NCBI RefSeq assembly: GCF_000008625.1
Contig: NC_000918.1
Span: 30,001-62,000, forward strand
Source of the DNA: Aquifex aeolicus VF5
Lineage (GTDB): Bacteria > Aquificota > Aquificia > Aquificales > Aquificaceae
Length of the DNA: 32,000 nt
Direction of reading: 5' to 3'
Position 1 is the first letter of the stretch, and every line of letters begins with the position of its first letter. Both the position numbers and the translations under genes were made by a program. Positions 31,999 through 32,000 of this stretch are shown here, piece by piece. The notes under the pieces are model-generated. The model was not told the origin of the DNA. It searched no databases and saw nothing but the letters and a program-made list of their open reading frames with translations.

Positions 31999-32000
31999 GT

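Overview
This window is a dense, ordinary-looking bacterial chromosomal segment. Its protein content matches a hyperthermophilic Aquifex-type genome; that species assignment is inferred, not computed. Recognisable content: the end of pyrD, phhB, an Omp85/BamA-like protein, a UbiA-family gene, mraY, fabZ, sfsA, a mogA/moaB-family gene, speE, rpsF-ssb-rpsR, two tandem tatA genes, trmB, a Ca2+/Na+ exchanger, rplQ-rpoA-rpsD-rpsK-rpsM-rpmJ-infA-map-adk-secY, rpmB, aroC, a tsaB-like gene, an EAL-domain gene, kdsA, a modB-like permease gene, nrdA and secG. I see no mobile element, CRISPR array, rRNA or tRNA. The most interesting locus is about 25.13-27.96 kb. It has a textbook sigma-54 promoter (TTGGCACGGAGTTTGCA, 25203-25219) with a 16-bp perfect palindrome and GTTGCAAC repeats about 60-70 bp upstream. 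Two tandem DUF2173-like genes and an SCP2-like gene follow, then a PAS/AAA+/FIS sigma-54 activator gene split by one in-frame TAG just before its GAFTGA motif. Other notable items are apparent 1-nt frameshifts in rpmJ and in a phosphoribosyltransferase gene, and two genes below the ORF-track cutoff (tatA-1 and a 35-aa membrane peptide). Several very short spacers between divergent start codons have AT-rich -10-like elements 6-13 nt from starts that lack Shine-Dalgarno sequences. A roughly 390-bp structured intergenic region at 7.5-7.9 kb may encode a small RNA.
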